Shown one piece after another: positions 38,240-48,436 of a stretch of DNA of 64,000 nucleotides (the first letter of the stretch is position 1; each line of letters opens with the position of its first letter). Source of the stretch: Pirellulales bacterium. GTDB lineage: Bacteria > Planctomycetota > Planctomycetia > Pirellulales > PALSA-1355. The notes under the pieces are model-generated. The model was not told where the DNA came from, did no database searches, and saw only the letters and a list, made by a program, of their open reading frames with translations. Made by a program: the position numbers and the translations under genes. The stretch is from positions 14,953 through 78,952 of the forward strand of contig JBBDNV010000128.1 in assembly GCA_040877415.1 (NCBI GenBank), given 5' to 3'.

Positions 38240-39271
38240 TCACGCCGAAAACCAAAGCCGCCTGGCCGTTTCACCGAGAACCTGGCGCTGGGTGGCGGCG
38301 TCGAGGCCCAGCTCGTGCGTGAACACGCGAAGGTGCTCGGCATAGGTCGCCTTCGGGCACCACAGCTCGCAGGGGAAATCGCTTCCCCACACGCACCGCC
38401 CCGGGCCGTAAGCCTTGATGATCTCCCGGCACGACTCGTGCATGTCGCGAAAGGGATACTCCAGGGCGCTGCCGGTCACGACGTACGACAGCTTCGCGTG
38501 CAGGTTCGGAGTCTTGGCCAGGCCGATCATGTCGCCAAGAATCGCGTCGTAACTCTCACCGGCCGCCAGGTTCAGACAGTGGTCGATCACGATGGGCAAT
38601 TTCGGATAGCGGGCGGCGAGCGCTTCGAGCTCGGTCCGCTTGTCGCGATTCACGAGCACGCAGACGACAATCCCCAGCCGCGCGGCCGTCGACCACAGGT
38701 CGCGAACTTTCGGGTCGTCGAGCCGCCCGCTTTCCGCCGGAATGCTGCGCAGCCCGCGGATGTTCGACTCCTTGACGTACCGTTCCAGCACGCCCGGGCT
38801 CTCGGGATCGTCGGGATTAAGCAGGCACACGCCGGCCAGCAGATCGCGATTGTCCCGCGACGCATCGGCCACGAAGCGGTTGTCCCAGCGGTAGAACGTG
38901 AACGTATGAACGGCGGTGGCATGACGCACGCCGTTGGATTGCAACGTCTTTCGCAGGTGCTCGATGGTTCCACTGCCCGCCGGCGGCCGATAAGGCTTTT
39001 CGATGGGCGGATACGTTCGCTCGTCTTCGCTGTAAACGTGCGCGTGGCAATCGATGTAGAGCGGGAGAGCTTCGGCCGGATCGGCCTCGGCCGCCGTCGC
39101 CAAGGCCGGCATTCCCGCGGCCGCCGCGCCCGAGGCGGCCAGGAATTCACGTCGAGACAGATATTGGCCGGACACGGGGCGCGTCTCCGCTGCACGTTTG
39201 TCGGTGTGAAGGGGCAGGTTCATTGATAGGCGATATTTCCGTCGCGGTCCAACATCAGCTCGCGCCGCCAT
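38240..39271 (-). CDS. Amidohydrolase-2 family (TIM-barrel metal-dependent hydrolase) with a TAT signal
   Basis: The TAT signal is RREFLAASGAAAAGMPALATAAEA. The metal-binding motif is IDCHAHVYSED. Confidence 0.75.
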   Translation of the reverse strand: MAARADVGPRRKYRLSMNLPLHTDKRAAETRPVSGQYLSRREFLAASGAAAAGMPALATAAEADPAEALPLYIDCHAHVYSEDERTYPPIEKPYRPPAGSGTIEHLRKTLQSNGVRHATAVHTFTFYRWDNRFVADASRDNRDLLAGVCLLNPDDPESPGVLERYVKESNIRGLRSIPAESGRLDDPKVRDLWSTAARLGIVVCVLVNRDKRTELEALAARYPKLPIVIDHCLNLAAGESYDAILGDMIGLAKTPNLHAKLSYVVTGSALEYPFRDMHESCREIIKAYGPGRCVWGSDFPCELWCPKATYAEHLRVFTHELGLDAATQRQVLGETARRLWFSA

Positions 39272-40362
39272 TTCTGGAGCGGTTTGCCCGCGAACGCTTT
39301 TTCGTTCAGCTCGATCCCCAGGCCCGGCGTGTCGGGAACTTCGAGCCAGCCCTCGGAATACTTAAACGGTTTTTGAATCAAGTCGCGCGAGGGGGGCTCG
39401 TCGTCGGGCACGTATTCGAGGATCAGGAAGTTCGGCGTGCTGATGGCGAAGTGGGCCGAAACGGCCGTCGAGATCGGTCCCATCGGGTTGTGAGGCGCGA
39501 CGGTGAGATACTCCGCCTCGGCCATCGCCGCGATTTTCTTGGCCTCGAGCAACCCGCCGCACAAGAGCAGGTCGGGCTGCAGGATGTCGGCGGCATTGGC
39601 GGCGATCAGGTCGCGGAACTGGTATTTCGTGACGAGCATTTCGCCGGTCGCCAGCGGAATATCGATGTTTTGATGCAGCCGCGCAAGCGCGGCGATGTTC
39701 TCCGGCCGCAGCGGCTCTTCGTAGAACAGGGGCCGGAACGGTTTGACGACCTCGGCCAGCTCCTGCGCGCGGATCGGCTCGAAAATCTGGGCGTGCGGGT
39801 CGAGCGCAATGTCGACGTCTTCGCCGACCGCCCTGCGCAGGATTTCCATCCGCGTGCGCGTCTCGCGCAGGACCTGGCCCCACGGCAATTGCTGGTAGTG
39901 GGCAGGCTGCGGAGACACCTTGATGGCGGTGAAGCCCTGCTTCTTGACGACCCGGGCGACTTCGTCCTCGACTTGTTTCCGTGTGTCCCCGCCGCCGGCT
40001 GAGCGGTACACGCGAATTCGATCGCGGCAGCGGCCCCCGCAAAGCTGATACACGGGGACCCCGTAGGCCTTCCCCTTCAGATCCCAAAGCGCGATTTCGA
40101 TGCCGCTGATCGCCGCGTTGACCATCGAGCCGCCGGGAAACCGCGACCCGTTGTACAAGAGCCGCCACAAATGTTCGATGCGCGTCGGGTCCTGGCCCAC
40201 GAGCCAGTCCTTGAAGTAATGGATGATCTGCTCGACGGCCGCGTCGGGCCCGACTCGATACGCCTCGCCGATCCCGTACAGATGTTCGTCCGTCACCACC
40301 TTCACGAAAACATGGTTTCCGCCAAGGTGCACCGGATAGGTGAGAATGTCGATGATTTTCAT
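39220..40362 (-). CDS. Enolase-superfamily enzyme (mandelate racemase / muconate lactonizing / galactonate dehydratase-like)
   Basis: The N-terminus is MKIIDILTYPVHLGGNHVFVKVVTDEHLYGIGEAY. The typical MR/MLE capping and barrel domains are present. Confidence 0.8.
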   Translation of the reverse strand: MKIIDILTYPVHLGGNHVFVKVVTDEHLYGIGEAYRVGPDAAVEQIIHYFKDWLVGQDPTRIEHLWRLLYNGSRFPGGSMVNAAISGIEIALWDLKGKAYGVPVYQLCGGRCRDRIRVYRSAGGGDTRKQVEDEVARVVKKQGFTAIKVSPQPAHYQQLPWGQVLRETRTRMEILRRAVGEDVDIALDPHAQIFEPIRAQELAEVVKPFRPLFYEEPLRPENIAALARLHQNIDIPLATGEMLVTKYQFRDLIAANAADILQPDLLLCGGLLEAKKIAAMAEAEYLTVAPHNPMGPISTAVSAHFAISTPNFLILEYVPDDEPPSRDLIQKPFKYSEGWLEVPDTPGLGIELNEKAFAGKPLQKWRRELMLDRDGNIAYQ

Positions 40363-40410
40363 GCCGTGTTCCTCCTGGGTTGGGCGTCACGCGGCGACCA
40401 ACCGACTTCG

Positions 40411-41382
40411 TTAGAGGTGCTTTTCGATCCAGCCGACGGCGTGCCCAACGTAGTCGAGGGGCAATCGGTGGCCGGCCTCGAAAAACACCTGGTCGTTCGC
40501 TTTGCCGTCAAAGAGCGACTGGCGCTCCCGTGCGTGCTCGACGGGGCACATTTCGTCGTTGCGCCCCATGATCGCCAGAAACGGCCGATCGCCGATGGCT
40601 CGCACGAAGTTTTGCGGCGCGACCAGGGACCACTTCGACTTTTCGGCCGGGGCCGCGACCGCGACGGCAGCCTTGATCCGCGGTTCGACGCCGGCGAGCA
40701 GAAACGTTTGCGTCCCGCCCATGCTGTATCCGACGAGGCCCATCCGCGCCTTGTCGATCTCGGGCCGCGTTTCGAGATAGTCGATTGCCCGCCGGTAGTC
40801 GCGCGTCGTCTGGATGTAGATATCGGCGAGCGTGAAGTATCCCTTGCGCGGCATGCTGGCCGCGTTTTCAGCGACGTAATGATTCACCGGCGCGAAGTCG
40901 TTTTGCGCGATGCGGTCGCCGTGACACTGGGCGTCGAGAGCCAATACGGCGAATCCGGCCGCCAAGAGGGCCCGGCGCACGTTGCCGCCGCTGATGTAGT
41001 TGCCGTCCTGCCACCAGTTTTCCTTGGATCCCGACCATCCGTGCAGCAAGAGCACGCACGGATACGGGCCCGCGCCGCTGGCGGGAAACTGCAGATACCC
41101 CGGCACGAGAAACCCCTGGGCGCCGCGAAAGACGATCTTCTCGCGCACGAGTCCGTCTTTCTCGACCTTCTCGACGGTGCGAGCCTCGATCGGAATTGTG
41201 GCGTCGTACTCATAGAGCTCGGCGACGGCGCGGCTTGCCTCTTCGCCGAGCCTTTCGACCGCGGGCGCCTTCGCACCCGCGCTGGCGGTCGGCGAACTGG
41301 CCGGTTCATCGGCCCGGGCCGCCGCGACAGCGAAGAGCAAAATCACGGATAGTCCCATGCGCGGGCGACGACGGTCAATCAT
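40411..41382 (-). CDS. Secreted alpha/beta hydrolase (dienelactone hydrolase / acetyl-xylan-esterase-like)
   Basis: The ATG at 41382 has GGGGGAGG upstream. The signal peptide is MIDRRRPRMGLSVILLFAVAAARA. The nucleophile elbow is GYSMGG. LLLHGWSGSKENW is also present. Confidence 0.7.
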   Translation of the reverse strand: MIDRRRPRMGLSVILLFAVAAARADEPASSPTASAGAKAPAVERLGEEASRAVAELYEYDATIPIEARTVEKVEKDGLVREKIVFRGAQGFLVPGYLQFPASGAGPYPCVLLLHGWSGSKENWWQDGNYISGGNVRRALLAAGFAVLALDAQCHGDRIAQNDFAPVNHYVAENAASMPRKGYFTLADIYIQTTRDYRRAIDYLETRPEIDKARMGLVGYSMGGTQTFLLAGVEPRIKAAVAVAAPAEKSKWSLVAPQNFVRAIGDRPFLAIMGRNDEMCPVEHARERQSLFDGKANDQVFFEAGHRLPLDYVGHAVGWIEKHL

Positions 41383-41511
41383 CGGCAACCTCCCCCAAAG
41401 AAGAATCCGCCTGGCATTATCCTCAGAATCCTCTGGCGGCTGCAAATCCGCGTGACTATAGTCCTGGCTCGTGGAGCACTATGTGGACGGGCGTGGACGG
41501 GCGACAACCGC

Positions 41512-42648
41512 ATGACCGGGGATCGGCTCTATTTCGGCCTGGCGATCGCGCTGGTCGCGTTTTGCGCGGCGAGCCCCTGCCCGGGCGAAGTGGTTGTCGG
41601 AGCGTATTATTATCCCTGGTACGGGCCGTTCGCCGGCGGGCATGATCTGAACCAGAGCGTTCGCGGGCACCTGGTGCCGCCGCAGCCGCCGGCCATCGGT
41701 GCGTACAGCAGCCGCGATCCGAAGACCATTTCCGCGCACATCGACCAGAGTCACTGGGGCAACATTTCCTTCTGGGCCGTCAGTTGGTGGGGGCCGAATT
41801 CGGCCGAAGACGCCACGTTTCGCGACGCGATTCTGGCCCATCCGCGCCACGCGGAGCTCAAATATGCCGTGCATTACGAATCGACCGGACGACTGGGTTC
41901 GATCGACAATCCCGACTTCACCAATCTCGTACCCGATTTCCGGCACCTGGCGAACAACTATTTCGCCAATCCCAGCTACCTGCGCGTCGACGGCCGGCCC
42001 GTGGTTTTCATGTACGTGACGCGGGCCTATTTCAACAGCCAGGCCGCGCGCGACGCGGTGGCCGAGCTGCGCACGCTCATGAAATCCAAGTTCCAATTGA
42101 ATCCGTACCTGGTCGGCGACGATCTGTTCATCGGCGGAGTCGACCGGGGGCGGGCAAAACTCTGGGACGCGATCACCGATTTCGACGTCTACGGCACCGT
42201 GCTCCAACAAAAAGGATCCACGGCGGCCGCTCTCGTCGAATTGGCCAAGGTCTACGATGACGCGCGCGCGGCGATCGCTCCGCTGGGAATCGCGTTTGTG
42301 CCGACAGCTTCGCCCGGATTCAACGACAAAGGCGTGCGCGGCGGTCATCCGGCGGCGCCCCGATACCTGGTCGACGGGCCAAAATCAAGACCGGGCGACT
42401 TGTTCGCGCGCATGCTGACAAACGTGGCAGTGCCGCGCACCGATCCGGCGGCCGGCAATATCCTCATGATCAACTCGTTCAACGAGTGGCACGAAGACAC
42501 GCAAATCGAAGCCTCGGGAATCGCTCCGCCGACCAACGTCGACGACTCGGGCAAGGACCGATTCACGGAGGGGCACTACTACGAGGGCTATGGCGAGAAG
42601 TATCTAAAAATCCTGCGCGCGGCGACGGTGCGCAGCCCGGACAACTGA
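41512..42648 (+). CDS. Secreted glycoside hydrolase, GH99-like (endo-alpha-mannosidase family)
   Basis: The ATG at 41512 gives a signal peptide. YYYPWYG and SFNEWHEDTQIE resemble the GH99 signatures, including the catalytic Glu pair. Confidence 0.55.
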   Translation: MTGDRLYFGLAIALVAFCAASPCPGEVVVGAYYYPWYGPFAGGHDLNQSVRGHLVPPQPPAIGAYSSRDPKTISAHIDQSHWGNISFWAVSWWGPNSAEDATFRDAILAHPRHAELKYAVHYESTGRLGSIDNPDFTNLVPDFRHLANNYFANPSYLRVDGRPVVFMYVTRAYFNSQAARDAVAELRTLMKSKFQLNPYLVGDDLFIGGVDRGRAKLWDAITDFDVYGTVLQQKGSTAAALVELAKVYDDARAAIAPLGIAFVPTASPGFNDKGVRGGHPAAPRYLVDGPKSRPGDLFARMLTNVAVPRTDPAAGNILMINSFNEWHEDTQIEASGIAPPTNVDDSGKDRFTEGHYYEGYGEKYLKILRAATVRSPDN

Positions 42649-42718
42649 TGCGCGACAAGCTCGGGTGCAATTCCAGAACATGCTCACGCCGGGCGTGAGC
42701 ACGGCACGCGGTCCCGCG

Positions 42719-43738
42719 CTACAGCACTTCGCGGCGGAGCTGCGGAAACACCTTGGAAACCTTGTTCAACAGGTATTCGCCGTAGGTGGCGCCGATTTCG
42801 TGAACGCTCGCGCGGTCCCACCGCTCGTGGCTGTCGTCCTCGATGGCGTGGCCGGACAGCTCTGCGATCGGCCGCACCTCGGCATCGAAGTTGGGATCGA
42901 AGAAGAACGGGAAGGAAAGACGGTCGCGGCCGGCCGTATTGAGCACGCGATGCGGCGTGGAACGGTAAATGCCCCGCGTCAGGCGATCGAGCATGTCACC
43001 GATATTGCAGATGAACGAACCCTTAACCGGCGGCGCGTCGATCCAGCGCGATCGGCTCTTCACCTGCAACCCGCGCGTGTCGTCCTGCTTGAGGATCGTC
43101 AGCAATCCGTAGTCGGTGTGCTCGCCCACGCCCCAAGCGGGGTCTTTCTCATCAGGTGCGCCGGGCGAAGCGGGGTAGTTGAAAATGCGAAACAACACCA
43201 GCGGGTCGCCCGTGTAACGGTCGGCAAAATACGACTCGGCGAGTCCCAGGCTCAGCGCCAGTCCGGCCATCAGATGGTGGCCCAACTGCGTCAGTGCCGC
43301 CATGTACTGGAGCACGACTTCGCGGAACCCGGGGATCTCGGGAAAAAGGTTTTGGCCGAAAAGCGGCCTGCCGGCCACGACGGCCGGATGATCGAGGGGC
43401 AGTTCCGCGCCGAAGTAGATCCCCTCCTTGCGATCGGGCTTGCCCGAGGTCAGCTCGTCGCCGACGCGAAAATATCCCCGCCAGGCCCGGCCGCCGCGCG
43501 CCATGCCGATGCGCATTTTGTCCGCGGTGCTCAGGGCGAAGAATTGCCGGCTGAGCTCCGCCAGCCGCGCGGGCAATGGCTCGTCGACGCCGTGTCCGAC
43601 AACGTAGAAGAACCCGCATTCCCGGCACGCCCGGCCAAGCTGCCGCGCCACGTCGCCGCGCCCGCTGCTGCCGGCCACGAGCGGGCCGACGTCCACGAGC
43701 GGGATTTCGGCAAATTCAGCCGGGCCTTGGGGGGTCAT
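42719..43738 (-). CDS. 2-oxoglutarate/Fe(II)-dependent oxygenase (isopenicillin-N-synthase-like)
   Basis: The ATG at 43738 has GAAGGA upstream. The HxD...H facial triad is HTDYGLLTIL...TPHRV. The RxS motif is RLSFPFF. Confidence 0.8.
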   Translation of the reverse strand: MTPQGPAEFAEIPLVDVGPLVAGSSGRGDVARQLGRACRECGFFYVVGHGVDEPLPARLAELSRQFFALSTADKMRIGMARGGRAWRGYFRVGDELTSGKPDRKEGIYFGAELPLDHPAVVAGRPLFGQNLFPEIPGFREVVLQYMAALTQLGHHLMAGLALSLGLAESYFADRYTGDPLVLFRIFNYPASPGAPDEKDPAWGVGEHTDYGLLTILKQDDTRGLQVKSRSRWIDAPPVKGSFICNIGDMLDRLTRGIYRSTPHRVLNTAGRDRLSFPFFFDPNFDAEVRPIAELSGHAIEDDSHERWDRASVHEIGATYGEYLLNKVSKVFPQLRREVL

Positions 43739-43776
43739 CGAAATCCTTCGCCGGCGCGCTTCGCCCACGGGACGTT

Positions 43777-44163
43777 TTAGTCGCCCCAATTATAGACGCG
43801 GCGCATGGCGGCTTCGACCGTGCTGGTCAAGTCGCGGCGGCTGACGGGCTTGGACAACACGGAAAACGCCTGGGCCAGCTCGGCCTGGCGCACCAGCGCC
43901 TCGTCCAGTCCGGCGGAGATCAAGATGCACGGCAGGCGCGATTTGAACCGCTTCACCTGCCGCAGCGTTTCCAGACCCGTGAGCTTGGGCATGTGCATGT
44001 CCAACAGCACCAGGTGCACCTCCTGGCTGCGGACGATGTCGAGCGCCTCCTGGCCGTCGCCGGCCAGGATCGTGCGGAAGCGCGACTCGAAAACAGTGCG
44101 CACCGTCTCACGAAAGTCGTGATCATCGTCGGTGATCAACAGCGATGGCAATTCCAAACGCAT
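43777..44163 (-). CDS. Stand-alone response-regulator receiver (CheY-like) protein
   Basis: The start is MRLELPSLLITDDDHDFRE... An acidic pocket (DDD), the phospho-acceptor LDMHMP and a conserved K are present. Confidence 0.7.
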   Translation of the reverse strand: MRLELPSLLITDDDHDFRETVRTVFESRFRTILAGDGQEALDIVRSQEVHLVLLDMHMPKLTGLETLRQVKRFKSRLPCILISAGLDEALVRQAELAQAFSVLSKPVSRRDLTSTVEAAMRRVYNWGD

Positions 44164-44526
44164 GGCGCTATTACCCGTCGCACCAAAGCGGGCACGCAAG
44201 AACTCGAATTTGACGTGCCGCGTGAGCGAATCCCCCTAATGCAAGTTGAGTACCATTTCTCGCCGGGCCAACGTGCCAGACTGTGGCTCCGGACACGGTG
44301 CTCGGCGATAAGGCATTAATCGGTCGGTACTTATATAATAGTTCGGCTGGCTGGAAAAGATAAGTTGCGGAAGATGAGGGAAACAGAGACGCCATAAGCT
44401 CTGCCATTTAGGCAGTTTCCGCCGAATAAGACGGCCGCTGCTTCAGGGGCTCTTTTGGCTGCCCGGACGAACCCGTCGCTTCGCCCGAATCACAAAGTTC
44501 GAGCTGCTTGGATCGCAGGCTGAACG

Positions 44527-44560
44527 GTGCCACGGGTGGCTCGTTCCGCCCGTGCCGGCG
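44527..44560. repeat. REP-like palindromic element, degenerate copy
   Basis: ggtgccacgggtggctcgttccgcccgtgccgg shares ccacgggtggctcgt with the copies at 51731 and 52393. Confidence 0.4.
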
Positions 44561-44652
44561 ACCTTTTGGACCGGCGCGCGAGAGCGTTTGATCGCGGCTT
44601 GTCACCCGCACGAGCGCCCCTATACTGAATCGAAGTACTGAAGATTTTTCGC

Positions 44653-45513
44653 TTGCGATGCCGGTCCGCCCCCCTTGCCGGGCTCGAGGCGCTCAAGAGC
44701 CGAAAGACCACCCGCGTGGACAGCCCGTCCGTTTCCGCCGCTTCGACCACCGCCCTCCAGCCCTCGTTCCTCGTTCGCCACCAGTTTGTGATCTACCGCC
44801 TGTTCTCTTTAAGCGGGCTGATCCCGGTGGGGGCGTACCTGGTGGTCCACCTGGCGACCAATGCCTCGATCATTAACGGCCCGATGACCTTTCAGGAGCA
44901 GGTCGAGAGGATTCAGGCGCTCGGCGTGGTGCTGCCGTTTGTCGAGTGGACGTTTATCTTTATCCCGATTTTTTTTCACGCCGCCGTCGGTTGGCTGATC
45001 ATCGCGGGCGCTGTCCCCAACGCGATCACCTATCCCTACGCGAGCAATATCCGCTACACCCTGCAGCGGGCCAGCGGGATTATCGCGTTTGCATTCATAT
45101 TGTTTCACCTGGTGCAACTGCACCATTTTTTCGGCGCCCCGTTCAAGGATATCGAGGGCATGAAATTCGGCGCGCAGTTCGATCCCCAACATGCCGCCAG
45201 CAGCGCGGCACTCGCCTTGCAGCCGATGTGGATCAAGGTGATCTACGCGGTCGGCGTGCTGGCGGTCGTATACCACTTTGCCAACGGGCTGTGGACGCAG
45301 GGAATCACCTGGGGATTGTGGACCAGCGCGGCTGCGCAGCGTCGGGCCGGTTGGGTAAGCGTCGTCGTGGGCGTCGCCTTGACGGTCGTGGCCACTAGCG
45401 CGCTCGTGGGCATGTGGACCGTCGACGTCGACAAAGCCGTGCGGATCGAAAACGCCATGCAATCCGAGCGCTCGGCCGTGCTCCAATTGGACGAAGGGCG
45501 TGGAGAACGATAA
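44653..45513 (+). CDS. sdhC: Succinate dehydrogenase/fumarate reductase cytochrome b membrane subunit (Bacteroidetes-type)
   Basis: Five TM helices with conserved His residues (LVVHLATNA, FFHAAVGW). It is followed directly by sdhA and sdhB. The start is uncertain: TTG at 44653 or GTG at 44713. Confidence 0.7.
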   Translation: MRCRSAPLAGLEALKSRKTTRVDSPSVSAASTTALQPSFLVRHQFVIYRLFSLSGLIPVGAYLVVHLATNASIINGPMTFQEQVERIQALGVVLPFVEWTFIFIPIFFHAAVGWLIIAGAVPNAITYPYASNIRYTLQRASGIIAFAFILFHLVQLHHFFGAPFKDIEGMKFGAQFDPQHAASSAALALQPMWIKVIYAVGVLAVVYHFANGLWTQGITWGLWTSAAAQRRAGWVSVVVGVALTVVATSALVGMWTVDVDKAVRIENAMQSERSAVLQLDEGRGER

Positions 45514-47536
45514 CCCGATGACATGCAAGCGCGTCATGATCGTCGGAGGCGGCCTGGCCGGCCTTTCGGCCGCCATGAAACTGGCAGAGCTGGGCACGAG
45601 CGTCGACCTGATGAGCCTCACGCCGGTCAAACGATCGCACAGCGTCTGCGCCCAAGGCGGCATCAACAGCGTCAACCAGGCCACCCGCGAGCAAGGCGAC
45701 AGCGAATGGCTCCACTTCGACGACACCGTCTATGGCGGCGACTTCCTGCAGCATCAGCCGCCGGTCAAGGAAATGGCCGAGTGGGCCCCCAGGATCATCG
45801 ACCTGATGGACCGCCTGGGCGTGCCTTTCAATCGCACGCCCGAGGGCTTTCGCGATCAGCGGCGTTTCGGCGGCACGCTCTATAGGCGCACCGCGTTTGC
45901 CGGCGCCACCACGGGCCAGCAGTTGCTCTACGCGCTGGACGACCAGGTGCGCCGCTTTTGCGTGGCGGGCAAGGTCAAAATCTACGAAGCGTGGGATTAC
46001 CTCGGTCCGGTGATCGACGCGGGCGGCGTTTGCCGCGGCGTCGTGGGGCAGGATCTCGTGACGATGGAGATTCGCGCCTTCCCGGCCGACGCGGTGGTGA
46101 TCGCGTCGGGCGGCTGCGGGCTGATTTACGGGCGCTCGACGATGTCGATGGTCTGCACCGGCAGCGCCGCCAGCCGCACGTTCCAGGCGGGGGCCAAATA
46201 CGGCAATCCCGAATTCATCCAGGTCCACCCCACGGCCATCCCCGGCGCCGACAAGCTGCGCTTGATGAGCGAAAGCGCCCGCGGCGAGGGCGGACGCCTG
46301 TGGGTGCCGCGCAAACCGCAGGATCCGCGCCCGGCCGCCGAGATTCCTGAAAACGAGCGCTTCTATTTCCTTGAGGAGCGCTATCCGAAGTACGGCAACC
46401 TGGTGCCGCGCGACATCGCCACGCGCGAAATCTTCAACATTTGCAGCGCCGAAGGGCTGAGCGTCGAGAAAGACCGCCTGTGCGTGTACCTCGATCTGAC
46501 GCACATCCCGGCGCGAACGCTCGAGTTGAAGCTCGGCGGCATCCTGGAGATCTACGAAAAATTCCAGGGCGTCGATCCGCGGCGCGTGCCGATGAAAATC
46601 TTCCCCGCCGTGCACTACTCAATGGGCGGGCTGTGGGTCGACTATGAAAAGAGCGCCGGGGGCGGACTGGCCGTCGGCTCGCCGCGCAACCAGCGCACGA
46701 ACATTCCAAACCTGTACGCCATCGGCGAGTGCGACTATCAGTATCACGGCGCCAATCGGCTGGGCGCCAATTCGCTGTTAAGCTGCATCTTCAGCGGATT
46801 GATCGTCGCGCCGGGCATCGTCAACTTGCTCAAAGGGGCGAAGGGCCGGGCGGCCGAACAGCCCGCCGCGCTATTCCAGTCGGCCCGAGCCCGGCATCAG
46901 GCGGCTCACGACCAGTTGCTCGGGCGTCCCTCGGGGGGCGAAAACCCGTACTTGCTGCACCAGGAGCTGGGAGCCGTGATGACCAAGGCCGCCACCGTCG
47001 TGCGTCACAATGACACGCTGCGCGAAGCGCTCGAAAAAGTGAACGACATGGCCGTGCGCGTGAAGCGCTCGTCGCTTTCCGACACCGGCAACTGGACGAA
47101 CCAGAACGTCGTGTTCACCAAGTCGCTGGCCGACATGTTTCCGCTGGCCAAGGCGATCCTGGCCGGCGCGATTGCCCGCGACGAGTGCCGCGGCGCGCAT
47201 TATAAGCCCGAGTTCGCCATGCCGGGCCTGGAGGCGACCGATCCGGCCGACCGGCGCCGCGCCGCCGAACGTTGGTGCGACCGGTTCGAAGCCAACACGG
47301 CCCGCTGGCTGAAAACGACGATCGCCACGCCGGGGGCCGACGGCGAGCCCGTGTTGAGCTACGAAGAGGTCGACCTTTCGCTCATTCCGCCGCGGCCGCG
47401 CCTTTACGGCCTGGCGGGCGCCGAAATCATCGAGGAAGTCTGGAAGCTGCGCCAAGCCGGCAGGCTGGCCGGCGCGAGGGGAGATTCAAGCGGGCCGCAA
47501 AAAACGCCCGCCGACAGGCCGGCGACGGTGCGCTAA
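45500..47536 (+). CDS. sdhA: Succinate dehydrogenase/fumarate reductase flavoprotein subunit
   Basis: FAD motifs are MIVGGGLAGLSAA and HSVCAQGGIN (covalent-FAD His). The full FrdA/SdhA domain order is present. Confidence 0.9.
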   Translation: MENDNPMTCKRVMIVGGGLAGLSAAMKLAELGTSVDLMSLTPVKRSHSVCAQGGINSVNQATREQGDSEWLHFDDTVYGGDFLQHQPPVKEMAEWAPRIIDLMDRLGVPFNRTPEGFRDQRRFGGTLYRRTAFAGATTGQQLLYALDDQVRRFCVAGKVKIYEAWDYLGPVIDAGGVCRGVVGQDLVTMEIRAFPADAVVIASGGCGLIYGRSTMSMVCTGSAASRTFQAGAKYGNPEFIQVHPTAIPGADKLRLMSESARGEGGRLWVPRKPQDPRPAAEIPENERFYFLEERYPKYGNLVPRDIATREIFNICSAEGLSVEKDRLCVYLDLTHIPARTLELKLGGILEIYEKFQGVDPRRVPMKIFPAVHYSMGGLWVDYEKSAGGGLAVGSPRNQRTNIPNLYAIGECDYQYHGANRLGANSLLSCIFSGLIVAPGIVNLLKGAKGRAAEQPAALFQSARARHQAAHDQLLGRPSGGENPYLLHQELGAVMTKAATVVRHNDTLREALEKVNDMAVRVKRSSLSDTGNWTNQNVVFTKSLADMFPLAKAILAGAIARDECRGAHYKPEFAMPGLEATDPADRRRAAERWCDRFEANTARWLKTTIATPGADGEPVLSYEEVDLSLIPPRPRLYGLAGAEIIEEVWKLRQAGRLAGARGDSSGPQKTPADRPATVR

Positions 47537-47542
47537 CACACA

Positions 47543-48400
47543 ATGAGCAATTCTCAACCAAACGAGCACGCGCAGGCCCGGCGAACCTTCGAAGTGCGCG
47601 TTCTGCGCCAGGACGATCCGGGCTCGCCCAGCTATTGGGAACGCCATCGCGTCGAGCACGAGCCCGACATGAACGTCACCAGCGTGCTCGAGCGCATCGC
47701 CGCGGTGGCCGAAACGATCGACGGGCTGAAGGTGGCGCCGGTCGCTTACGAGGCGAACTGTCTGGAAGAAGTTTGCGGAGCCTGCACCATGATCGTCAAC
47801 GGCCGCGTGCGGCAGGCCTGCTCGGCGCTGGTCGACAAGCTGTTGGCTGAGCAGCCCCAGGAGATCGAGCTAGAGCCGATGGCCAAGTTCCCCGTGATCC
47901 GCGATCTCGTCGTCGATCGCCGGCGGCTGTTTCGCGCGTTGGAAAAGGTGAACGCCTGGCTGCCGGTCGACGGTTATTACGACATGGGCCCGGGCGAGCG
48001 CCAATCGCAGGACGAGCAAGAGCGGGCTTACCCGCTTAGCCAGTGCATGAGCTGCGGCTGTTGTCTGGATGCCTGTCCGCAGTACGCGCGGATCGAAGTC
48101 GCGCGCCGCGAAGGCGAGACCGGCGAGCCGTTCGCGGCCCGCGAGAATGCCACGTTCGACTTGCATTTCATCGGAGCGCACGCCATCAGCCAGGCGATTT
48201 ATTACAACTCGCATCCGACCGGCAAGCTGAACGCCGGCCCTCGGGTCGACGCCCTGATGGCCCCCGGCGGGATCCAGGTTTGCGGCAACGCGCAGAACTG
48301 CGTGGCCGTGTGCCCCAAGGAGATTCCGCTGACCACCTCCATCGGCCGCGCCGGCCGCGAGACGACCAAGCGGATGTTTACGAAGTGGTTCGACCGATAG
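47543..48400 (+). CDS. sdhB: Succinate dehydrogenase/fumarate reductase iron-sulfur subunit
   Basis: Cys clusters are CGACTMIVNG...C (2Fe-2S), CMSCGCCLDACP and CGNAQNCVAVCP (4Fe-4S / 3Fe-4S). Confidence 0.9.
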   Translation: MSNSQPNEHAQARRTFEVRVLRQDDPGSPSYWERHRVEHEPDMNVTSVLERIAAVAETIDGLKVAPVAYEANCLEEVCGACTMIVNGRVRQACSALVDKLLAEQPQEIELEPMAKFPVIRDLVVDRRRLFRALEKVNAWLPVDGYYDMGPGERQSQDEQERAYPLSQCMSCGCCLDACPQYARIEVARREGETGEPFAARENATFDLHFIGAHAISQAIYYNSHPTGKLNAGPRVDALMAPGGIQVCGNAQNCVAVCPKEIPLTTSIGRAGRETTKRMFTKWFDR

Positions 48401-48436
48401 GTCGGCGAGCTGTTGCTACGCGGCCGGCGCCGGCCG